Virus record (IMG/VR): IMGVR_UViG_3300012931_000759 | Location: 186,001-250,000 of that record | Reading direction: 5' to 3' (one strand) | Length of the DNA: 64,000 bases | Program-made: the position numbers and the translations under genes | Shown here: one piece after another, positions 56,180 to 64,000 of the stretch | Layout of the letters: each line of letters begins with the position of its first letter | Numbering within the stretch: position 1 is the first letter of the stretch | Notes under the pieces: model-generated | Database searches by the model: none | What the model was told of the DNA's origin: nothing | What the model saw: only the letters and a program-made list of their open reading frames with translations

Positions 56180-58708
56180 ATGGTGAATATACCGGGATTG
56201 ACCGGGTACAACCAACCTGATGTGTTTTCTCGCTTCCGCACTCTGCGGCGCGCTGTCTCTATTCCTGGGGGTTTGCGCGTGCTCTCTATCATTGGTGAGG
56301 GCGAGCGTGAGGAAGTGCTTGTCGACTCCGCCAAGGGAGGTGGTCAAGACGGTTTCAACCCCTCCTTCACCGGCGTCTCGGACGGCTATGGCCGTTTCTT
56401 CAGGACGTCTGTGTATCCACTGATCCAGAACAGGACCACGTTGTACCTCAACAGCGCAAGGTTGCGCCTGCTTGAGGACACCATCGACATGTCTGGATTC
56501 CCCTCGGAGTACGATGCCAGGATCGACCCTACCACCGGCAAGATTGAACTCCAGAGCGCAGCCCTTGTCGACCAAGGCGGAACCCTCTACAAAGCCGGAT
56601 CTGGCAACACGGGCGACGGCTATCTGAGTGGCATCACTCTGCTCGACAGGAACGCTCCGGCCGAGACCTGGACCATCCGCTGTACCAGCGTTCTCAGGGA
56701 TAGTTACGGTGCGCCCCGTCGCGGACAGGCAAGTTTCAGCGCTGTCGGCAGCGTGAGCGGCCAATTGCTTGACAGTTACGGCCAGCCTTTCATCTGGAAA
56801 AGCGACGGCGTTACCCTCAGCAACAGCGTGCTCCGGTTCGCGATTTGGAATCCGACTGGCAGCGTCTTCGACGCAGGCGACCGCTTCACGGTCATAGTTT
56901 CCAGCAAGGTGCTCCAGGAGCGCGACAATCTCGAGGCCGACTACATCGCCGAACTCGACCTCAATGACCCTGAGGTTTTCACCGACCCGGCCAAACTTTA
57001 CGACAAACATGGCCAACCATCGATGACGAATATCCTGTCCCTCGGCGCCCAGATGGCTTTCGAGAACGGGGCTACCAGTGTGATGGCCGTCCAGGCCAAG
57101 CCGCCTCTTCCGAGGCGTACGTCCGAGATCGTGCTCCCGGCCAAGGATGCCACGACCGGCCTCGGCGGAGCCAGCGGTAACGCCAATCCCGACGACCTGG
57201 TCTTTTTTATCACACCGCCGGGCAAGCCTGACCGTGGGACGCAGGCCCACTTCTTCATCATTGGAACCGACGGGACCGAGACCCAGGTGTTCCCGAATAA
57301 AGTCGATTTCTACGATCCGACTATCACGGCCGCTCTTGCGATCTACGAGGACACTGGTAGCAACACCGCTCTCATGGCCGATTTCATGGATCCGGCGCAG
57401 ACCGGCATGCCATTCTCCTACACCATCGTGAGCGACGACAAGATCGAGCAGGATGGGACGGACGGCTACATCTCGATCTACGGCCTTAGCACGGGCACGT
57501 TCTACAGCCCATCGATCCAGCTGGTATCGGGCGATATCGGCAAGCTGCTCGACTTCATCAACGCCGACCCGGCCAACGAGGGGCGGTTCGAGATTACGGC
57601 GATCGTTGATCAGCACACTGCCAGGATTACCAGGATCTCCGGCAACTTCACCGCCGAGACAAATGTGCGCTGGCAGCTGCTCGCGGCTAGCGGTACCTCT
57701 CAACGCGTCCTGTTCACCACTGACCTGGCCCTCGCAGCCGGGCAGGGACTCCGAGTCACCTACATTGACGAGATGGATGTCGATTTCTACGACGCAAACT
57801 GGGCCGAGGTCCTGGACGAGCTACAAAAGCAGGATGTCCAGATCCTAGTCCCGCTGCCCACTCAGACCTTCTCGGCCATCCAGCAGGCTTTCCGCGTACA
57901 TGTAGAGCAGATGTCCAGCACCTACTACAAACGCGAACGGGTGCTGTTCACCGGCGCATTACAGGGTCTGTCGGTCGACAACGTCACGGGTGTGTCTGAG
58001 GTCGCTGTCGAGGACATAGGAATTCTCGAGGGCATCCAAGGCGACGACCCCGAGGAAATCCTCGCGGGCAACATTGAGGATCTCGCCAACTACGACGTGG
58101 CCACCAACTTCGGCGATAGTTTCCGCGTGGTGTTCTTCTATCCGGATGAGATCGTCAAGGTAATCTCCGGCAGCAACGAGACGCTGCCCGGCTACTACAT
58201 CGCAGCGGCGGCTGGTGGACGCGTGTCCGGAACTGCCAATATCGCGGAGCCGCTAACCTTCAAGACGCTGGTTGGCTTCACGATCCTGAACAGCAAGGTT
58301 TTCACCCAGGATCAGCTTAACAGATTGGGCGACCACGGCATTACGGTCCTCCAGCCTGTGACGGGCGGGGCTAAGGTTCTCCACGGCAAGACCACAACCC
58401 AGAGCGGGGCGCCGGAAGAGGAAGAGATCTCGATCGTCTTTATCCGCGACCAGGTCGCGAGGGTGATGCGCCGAAGTTTCCAAGGATTCCTCGGACATGC
58501 CGAGGATCCAACATTACTGCCGTCCCTGACGGCAAACGCTGTCGGAGTGCTCAACGCATTCATATCGCAGAATCTTCTCACCGCATACAGAAATCTGTCT
58601 GTTTCCAAGGATGATGTGGAGCCGCGTCAATACAATATACGGGTTGAAATCAGTCCGACAGCACCAGTGAATTGGATTTTCATCGATGCCAGTGTCAGCA
58701 TTTTCTAG
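56180..58708 (+). CDS. Contractile tail sheath protein
   Basis: GGAGG RBS, ATG 56180; P.V...N-terminus; HVEQMS...RER, G.TT...EISIV.IRD, PVNWIFI C-terminal sheath motifs; 3 DGY. Confidence 0.88.
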   Translation: MVNIPGLTGYNQPDVFSRFRTLRRAVSIPGGLRVLSIIGEGEREEVLVDSAKGGGQDGFNPSFTGVSDGYGRFFRTSVYPLIQNRTTLYLNSARLRLLEDTIDMSGFPSEYDARIDPTTGKIELQSAALVDQGGTLYKAGSGNTGDGYLSGITLLDRNAPAETWTIRCTSVLRDSYGAPRRGQASFSAVGSVSGQLLDSYGQPFIWKSDGVTLSNSVLRFAIWNPTGSVFDAGDRFTVIVSSKVLQERDNLEADYIAELDLNDPEVFTDPAKLYDKHGQPSMTNILSLGAQMAFENGATSVMAVQAKPPLPRRTSEIVLPAKDATTGLGGASGNANPDDLVFFITPPGKPDRGTQAHFFIIGTDGTETQVFPNKVDFYDPTITAALAIYEDTGSNTALMADFMDPAQTGMPFSYTIVSDDKIEQDGTDGYISIYGLSTGTFYSPSIQLVSGDIGKLLDFINADPANEGRFEITAIVDQHTARITRISGNFTAETNVRWQLLAASGTSQRVLFTTDLALAAGQGLRVTYIDEMDVDFYDANWAEVLDELQKQDVQILVPLPTQTFSAIQQAFRVHVEQMSSTYYKRERVLFTGALQGLSVDNVTGVSEVAVEDIGILEGIQGDDPEEILAGNIEDLANYDVATNFGDSFRVVFFYPDEIVKVISGSNETLPGYYIAAAAGGRVSGTANIAEPLTFKTLVGFTILNSKVFTQDQLNRLGDHGITVLQPVTGGAKVLHGKTTTQSGAPEEEEISIVFIRDQVARVMRRSFQGFLGHAEDPTLLPSLTANAVGVLNAFISQNLLTAYRNLSVSKDDVEPRQYNIRVEISPTAPVNWIFIDASVSIF

Positions 58709-58732
58709 CTAAAGGGGCCAGGGGGCATATAG

Positions 58733-59311
58733 ATGGCGACTGGATATCCCCAGACCGGCAGCCTGCTCTCCCCTACTCCGCATGCTGCTCTTTCCACCTT
58801 GATCACAGTGAAGGTCAAGGGGACGGCGGTCGGAGCCATCCAAGAATTGCGGATTGACCAGAACCGCGAGATGCTTGTGTGGGAAGAGATCGGCACGGAC
58901 GGAGTGGTCGAGATACATCCAAAAGGCGCTGCGAAAATCACATTTAGCGTCACTAGGTTTATTTTCGACCAACTCCGGCTCCCAGAGGCATTCTCGCGGG
59001 GTTTCCTCAACCTACAGGCCCAAAGAGTACCCTTTGATGTCGAGATCGTGGACACCTTTGCGGGCGACGTTTCGCTGGCAGTTATCCACACGCTGAAGGG
59101 CTGCTGGTTCCGCCGCTACTCTACGCCGTACCGTGCGGACAATTTTCTGATCTCGGAGACAGCCGAGTTGACGTGCGAACGGATCATATCGCTACAGGGT
59201 ACGGGCAATGTGGCAAACGGCGGCGCGCGTGGCATTTCATTCGAGTACGACACGATAGAGCGCGCGACAGACTTCCACGGCCGACCGGGTAAATTCGAGT
59301 CAGCTTTCTAG
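58733..59311 (+). CDS. Tail tube protein 1
   Basis: Follows sheath; VGAIQ.L...R, EIG.DG..E, PFD.E, GCWF. Confidence 0.8.
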   Translation: MATGYPQTGSLLSPTPHAALSTLITVKVKGTAVGAIQELRIDQNREMLVWEEIGTDGVVEIHPKGAAKITFSVTRFIFDQLRLPEAFSRGFLNLQAQRVPFDVEIVDTFAGDVSLAVIHTLKGCWFRRYSTPYRADNFLISETAELTCERIISLQGTGNVANGGARGISFEYDTIERATDFHGRPGKFESAF

Positions 59312-59392
59312 AAAAGGAAGAATAATGCCAGCAAGACTAGAGAGCCGTACGTGAAAATGTAATACCTACATTATAGTTGGAGGTACACAAAG

Positions 59393-59995
59393 GTGGTAGC
59401 ATATCCGAAAACTGGCTCGACACTCCAGAGTAACATCAGCGCCGGTCTGTCCACACAGATCGTCGTGAAGGTAGGTTCCGACACGGTCGGGGCCCTCCAG
59501 GCGCTGGAGGTCCGGCAGAACCGTCCATTGGCCCGGCTCGTGGAACTCGGCCTCGACGGCACGTTGGAAATCGTTCCACAGCAGCGGACCGAAGTCACCT
59601 TGACGGTGCGGCGTATCGTATTCGACCGTCTTCGCATCGCGGAGGCTTTCGAGCGCGGTTATGTGAACATCAAGTCCCAGCGCCTGCCGTTCGACATACT
59701 GGTGATTGACCAGACCGGCGGCGACGGCGAGCTGGCCGTGACGCACCATTATGTGAATTGTTGGTTTCAAGACATCAGCACGCCCTATAACGCCGACAAC
59801 TACATCATCACCGAGTCGGCGACAATCTGGGCCGAGGATGTCAGCAGCAGACTTGGCGCTAGCGCCAATGTAGCGCAGGGAGGCGCTCGTGACATGAAGC
59901 CGCAGATCGAGCAGATTGAGCGCGAGGCGGACATCGGCAATAGACGTGGTACATTGGATGCGCCAGGACTAATTACCGCAGCTTTCTCTTCGTAG
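59393..59995 (+). CDS. Tail tube protein 2 (paralogue)
   Basis: Colinear similarity with 58733..59311. Confidence 0.8.
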   Translation: MVAYPKTGSTLQSNISAGLSTQIVVKVGSDTVGALQALEVRQNRPLARLVELGLDGTLEIVPQQRTEVTLTVRRIVFDRLRIAEAFERGYVNIKSQRLPFDILVIDQTGGDGELAVTHHYVNCWFQDISTPYNADNYIITESATIWAEDVSSRLGASANVAQGGARDMKPQIEQIEREADIGNRRGTLDAPGLITAAFSS

Positions 59996-60133
59996 TTTCC
60001 GAAGAATCCCCTGGCGGGCCTTCACGGCCCGCTGCAACCTTTCCCCATGGCGGACAATGAAATTTTCCCTCCCCGCCACAACTCGATTCACACGTCAGTC
60101 CAAGCCTATGATTGGGCCTGAGAAGGGGTAACT

Positions 60134-60646
60134 ATGCCAGAAATTTCCCATCCCGTGTTCGGGAGCGTTGGCCGCGCCGAGCGGCCGGAGGCCCCTGCCA
60201 AACATCAAGAGGCGCCTGCGGCGCCCGTTGCGCAGCCGCAGGAGCCGCCCGAGGAGCCCACGATGGCCTCCTCCGACCTACAGTCACTTGTCGAGTGCGG
60301 CAAGGTCACGGACAGCATCGTGATCGACGGCAAAAGTTTCCGGATGTCCACCTTGGACGACGATGCCCAGGAGGCTATCATTAAGAGGTTCTCCGCCACG
60401 GAGAACTCCGGGAACTTTGTGGAGCTTCGCCGGTCCGTCGTGGCGGCGGCGATGGAAACCTTCAACGGGCGGCCCTTCGAGTCGATCTATCCCGCAGATG
60501 CCGCGCCGCAGCCGAGCGTGGCCGCCACGAAATTGGCCCTGATCCGCATGATGCAGGGCCAGGTGGTGGACAAACTCTACACCTTCTATGAGGAGCTGGT
60601 CAAGCGCAGCAAGCAGAGGGTCGATCCGGAGCAGGTAAAAAACTAG
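60134..60646 (+). CDS. Tail assembly chaperone (gpG-like)
   Basis: Between tube and tape measure; ends at slippery site A AAA AAC TAG. Confidence 0.75.
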   Translation: MPEISHPVFGSVGRAERPEAPAKHQEAPAAPVAQPQEPPEEPTMASSDLQSLVECGKVTDSIVIDGKSFRMSTLDDDAQEAIIKRFSATENSGNFVELRRSVVAAAMETFNGRPFESIYPADAAPQPSVAATKLALIRMMQGQVVDKLYTFYEELVKRSKQRVDPEQVKN

Positions 60647-61092
60647 CGGAGGGGCCGTGGGCCCGGCTGCGCTGGAAGCTCTGTAAAGCCTTCCAGGTGC
60701 CAGCTGACGACCCCCTGTTCGACCGGATGAACAATCCGCAGTGGCTGTGGTACGCCGCGCAGTTCGCTGCGGACGACAAGGAGCAGTTCGAGCTGCTCCG
60801 CGACATCGCGGAGTACAATGCCAGCTTCTGGAACCCCGAGGGGGTCGACCAGGTCCGTCGGGCGCGCGAGAAGACCTTCGTCGTGGGCGACAAGGATTTC
60901 GCACGGCAGATCGAGGAGACCTTCGGCCGCAAACTCAGGATCCCGGAGCAGAAGGAGAACCTGGCCCTGCCTTCCGTGCCCGAGCGGCGGGAGCCGGAAC
61001 GGCCGGATCGCCGCAGGATGCGGCCGGATGTGGACGCCGGCGCGTACTTGGACGCCGAGCTGGACGAAGTGAGATTCATCCCCACAAGGTGA
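60637..61092 (+). CDS. Tail assembly chaperone -1 frameshift extension (gpGT-like)
   Basis: The -1 frame is open from 60637 (KKLAEGPWARLRWKLCKAFQV...) through 61092. Confidence 0.75.
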   Translation, partial: KKLAEGPWARLRWKLCKAFQVPADDPLFDRMNNPQWLWYAAQFAADDKEQFELLRDIAEYNASFWNPEGVDQVRRAREKTFVVGDKDFARQIEETFGRKLRIPEQKENLALPSVPERREPERPDRRRMRPDVDAGAYLDAELDEVRFIPTR

Positions 61093-61098
61093 TAACCG

Positions 61099-63327
61099 AT
61101 GGCCGATGGAGACCCCACCAACATTCCTGATCTCAATGTGCTGACTCGCATCCAGGATGTGATGCAGAATCTCAAGAATATGGGCAAACTGGAAGTTGCC
61201 GAACAAGTCAGTAATATTACAAATAAAATCTCGGAGATGACCGAGGAGCTAGGTCGCCTAAAACAGGGAGAGCAAGTTTGGAAAGACAAAAAGGCAGTTC
61301 TTGACCAGGTGACGGCAGCTTTTGACCGGCTGAAGAGCAAGATGGGCGAGACCGCGACCTTCTTTCTTGGCGCACAAGGCGATATCAACACCTTGCGGAA
61401 GAATCTTGAAGGGACGGCGCTCGGCGCCGGGGATTTCACAAAATCACTATCGGATCTGACAACCAAGATGTTGGGTGCGGGTGCCGCTGGTTTGCTGCTC
61501 GGCACAAACACTGGTCGGGCGTTGCTACAGCCCTTCTCTGACAGCAATATGGTTGCCAGCGTATTTGGGCACACCCTTGGCACACTGAACGAAGTGTTCC
61601 GCAAGCATGCGCAGGCGCAGGACCTGGTGAATGTCGGCTATCTGGCTTTGGGCCGGTCGATGGCCGACATCAGGGGGCGCGGCGACCTGATGATAGATGC
61701 GGTCCAGAAGATCACGGCCCAGTTCTTCATCGCCGGCGAGGAGCAGCAGAAGTTCATCGAGTCCACGCGCATGGTGCCAGGCGGGTTGGACGCGGTCACG
61801 ACCGCCGTCAAGGGCGTCGGCGGGGGCGTGACCCAGATGGCCCAGATCATGCTCGTGGGGCGCGGAGCCAGTCTCACTTTTGCGGAGACCTCGCGGATCA
61901 TGACCGAGCAGTACCAGAAGTTCGGCCAGATCATGGACAAGGACGCCGTCGAGAGCGTGGTCAAATTCGCGGAGGCCTCCAAGGCCACCGGCGTGCCCAT
62001 CGGCATAGCGGTGAGCCAGATCCAGGCTGCGAGCCAGCCGCTGGCCATCTTTGGAACCAAAATCACCGAAGCACAGAGCATCTGGACGACATTCACGAAA
62101 TCCCTGAAGGGCATCGCGCCGGAGGAGGTTGGCAGCCTCACGCGGCAGATTACCAGCAACATCGCAACCATGAGTCTTGGCGCGCAGGGTTTTGTGGCGC
62201 AGATGAGCGGCATGGTCCATGGCGTGACCGCGCTCGGGGGTGCGCTGCGGATGGAGCTGGCGATGCGCGAGCCTGGCGGCATGGAGCGCAACCTCGAGCG
62301 CGTCATGCAAACCATCTCGCGCATGGGCGGCGGGCGCATCATAACGCTCCAGGAGGCGTCCCAGACTCCGGCGCTAGAGATGCAGTTCCAGCTCCAGCGG
62401 CAGATGGTCGGGCAGATGCTCGGGGTCCAGCAGGGTCCCCAACAGTCCCGCGTGCTGGAAGTGCTCCAGAACATGGAGAAGGGCGGGGCCTCCGGAGCAG
62501 AAGCCACCAAAAATGTCCAGGAGCTGATGGCCGACGGGCAGAAGGCCCAGTCCGCGAGCACCACTGCCATGGAGAAGACGGCTATGGGCATCACCCGGAC
62601 CAACTCTTTCCTACACGAGATTGTCGGCCTGGAGCAGACCGCCGGTCGCGAATTGGCCCAAATCGGGCGCGCGCTCGGCACCGCCGGGGTCGGCATGCGC
62701 CCGAGGGAAAGCGATGTCGCGCGCGCCACGCTGGCGGGCATGCGGGCAGGCCCGGCGGTCGCTGCGGCCGCTCCGCGCGCTTTGGAGCGCATGGGCGGCC
62801 TGGTCCGCACTGTTAGTAAAGGCGCCGAAAGAGGCTCGAAGGCCTTCGTCCTCGAGCGGCAATTCCGGGCAAAAATGACGCCGACAGGCGAGCCCATCGA
62901 CCCCAGGCATCCCGAGCAGGCCGAGGCCGAACGCGGACTGGCAACAGTGCTGCCCACGGCCACCGGCAGGCGCCCGGAACTTGCGCCTGGTCTGCCCGTG
63001 TCCACCGGCAGGCGCCTGGAACTCGCGCCTGGGCCGCGCGAGAGGCGGGACAGGTTGGCGCGGACAGTGATGCCATTCGGGTTCGACCGCCCGGAGGAGA
63101 TGGCTCCAATGGGGCCCGACGAGACGGCGCCGGGGCGACCGGGCGCAAGGCGAGGTGCGGCGGCCATGGCGGCGGAGGGTGAGAGGCCAGAGGCCCTGAC
63201 GGTCACCCCTCTCGAGCCGCCCACTGTGGAGATCAAGGTCATATGTGAGAAGTGCCTCGAGAAGATCGTGGACAAGAAGCTACACCTTGGCAACCAGGGC
63301 GCGGCAGGCGAGGACTACGCCAGATAG
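61099..63327 (+). CDS. Tape measure protein
   Basis: Ala/Gly/Met-rich helical 742 aa directly after the chaperones. Confidence 0.75.
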   Translation: MADGDPTNIPDLNVLTRIQDVMQNLKNMGKLEVAEQVSNITNKISEMTEELGRLKQGEQVWKDKKAVLDQVTAAFDRLKSKMGETATFFLGAQGDINTLRKNLEGTALGAGDFTKSLSDLTTKMLGAGAAGLLLGTNTGRALLQPFSDSNMVASVFGHTLGTLNEVFRKHAQAQDLVNVGYLALGRSMADIRGRGDLMIDAVQKITAQFFIAGEEQQKFIESTRMVPGGLDAVTTAVKGVGGGVTQMAQIMLVGRGASLTFAETSRIMTEQYQKFGQIMDKDAVESVVKFAEASKATGVPIGIAVSQIQAASQPLAIFGTKITEAQSIWTTFTKSLKGIAPEEVGSLTRQITSNIATMSLGAQGFVAQMSGMVHGVTALGGALRMELAMREPGGMERNLERVMQTISRMGGGRIITLQEASQTPALEMQFQLQRQMVGQMLGVQQGPQQSRVLEVLQNMEKGGASGAEATKNVQELMADGQKAQSASTTAMEKTAMGITRTNSFLHEIVGLEQTAGRELAQIGRALGTAGVGMRPRESDVARATLAGMRAGPAVAAAAPRALERMGGLVRTVSKGAERGSKAFVLERQFRAKMTPTGEPIDPRHPEQAEAERGLATVLPTATGRRPELAPGLPVSTGRRLELAPGPRERRDRLARTVMPFGFDRPEEMAPMGPDETAPGRPGARRGAAAMAAEGERPEALTVTPLEPPTVEIKVICEKCLEKIVDKKLHLGNQGAAGEDYAR

Positions 63328-63345
63328 CGTTTCCGGAGGACCGAC

Positions 63346-64000
63346 ATGGCCGAGCAGACGATAGGCAACCAGGTGTTTGTTGACCCGTCGCAGGATCCGG
63401 CGAACAATCCCCTGCGCGACAAGGGAACAAGCGCGGCAGAGGGCAACCCCCAGCAACCCGCTATTATCGCCAGCAACCCTCAGATGCCGACGGGCGTTCG
63501 GAGGCGCCAGCTTATGCGCTGGAAAGTGCCCGACCTCGGCTATATCGACATGTACATCAACCCGCAGCAGATGACTATCCAGGAGAAGAAGGTCATCACC
63601 AAGCGCAGGACCAAGGGAGGATACATCATCCAGTATTGGGGCGAGGAGCTTCCGACGATCAGTATCAGTGGATCGACCGGCGCCTCGGGCATTGAGGGCA
63701 TCAACATCCTGCGCGACGTGTATCGGTCCGAGCAGAAGGCTTTCGAGAAGGTAGCAAAATCACTGGTCGACAGGCTGGGTACCTTTTCCTTGGGAAGCGT
63801 CTCTGGCATCATGAACGCCGTCTCTAACCCTGGCCAGGCCATAGGGAGCGCGCTTTCCGGTCTTTTCGGCTCCGGTGCCAATCCGCCGTTGCTCCCCACG
63901 TTGGGCTCCTTGGCTCTCGGGGTTGAATTGTATTTCCAGGGGTGGGTTTTCAAAGGCTATTTTCTCGATTTCTCGGTAGAGGAGAGCGTAGCTCAGGGTG
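63346..64000 (+). CDS. Baseplate hub/tube-initiator-like protein (3'-truncated), not in the ORF track
   Basis: GGAGG RBS; MYINPQQM...RTKGGYIIQYWGEEL..ISISG.TG. Confidence 0.65.
   Translation, partial: MAEQTIGNQVFVDPSQDPANNPLRDKGTSAAEGNPQQPAIIASNPQMPTGVRRRQLMRWKVPDLGYIDMYINPQQMTIQEKKVITKRRTKGGYIIQYWGEELPTISISGSTGASGIEGINILRDVYRSEQKAFEKVAKSLVDRLGTFSLGSVSGIMNAVSNPGQAIGSALSGLFGSGANPPLLPTLGSLALGVELYFQGWVFKGYFLDFSVEESVAQG

Noticed and set aside
60014-60032. Hairpin GCGGGCC-TTCAC-GGCCCGC after tube gene 2
   Set aside because: No adjacent U-tract, so not called as a terminator.
274-63953. Many long minus-strand ORFs (e.g. 5784..6683, 16231..17337, 56102..57703, 61638..63293)
   Set aside because: They are antisense shadows of GC-rich + strand genes, with no RBS or recognisable motifs.
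56180-64000. Extracellular contractile injection system or tailocin interpretation
   Set aside because: A capsid, prohead protease and neck genes are in the same region, so this is a phage.
1-64000. tRNA, rRNA, integrase, terminase or portal genes
   Set aside because: None recognised by eye; prophage status and host cannot be determined from this window.

Overview
This window is the virion morphogenesis region of a large, GC-rich tailed phage with a contractile tail (jumbo-phage-like myovirus). Almost all genes are on the + strand. Gene order: tyrosine-phosphatase fusion; head module (gpF-like protein, prohead protease/scaffold, a family of probable internal head proteins, decoration proteins, major capsid protein); a sigma70-driven nuclease/GNAT/DNA-methyltransferase island; small accessory genes; a long run of fibre, neck and beta-helix proteins with an ARC/Mpa-like AAA ATPase; tail sheath, two tube paralogues, a frameshifted chaperone, tape measure and the start of a baseplate gene. 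About 13 intact or decayed homing endonuclease genes are scattered through it. Main observations: (1) the tripeptide Asp-Gly-Tyr (DGY) occurs about 49 times in 16 mostly external virion proteins and is absent from capsid, protease, internal head, tube and tape-measure proteins, which suggests an undescribed virion-wide modification or docking code; (2) a cold-shock protein gene, missed by the ORF track, is split by a group I intron carrying a LAGLIDADG ORF; (3) probable internal head proteins share helical and K/R-x-A motifs; (4) a phage promoter motif CTATCAAT-N7-CAT occurs 7 times, and one copy drives a probable ~125-nt ncRNA. All product calls come from motif recognition by eye, with no database searches.
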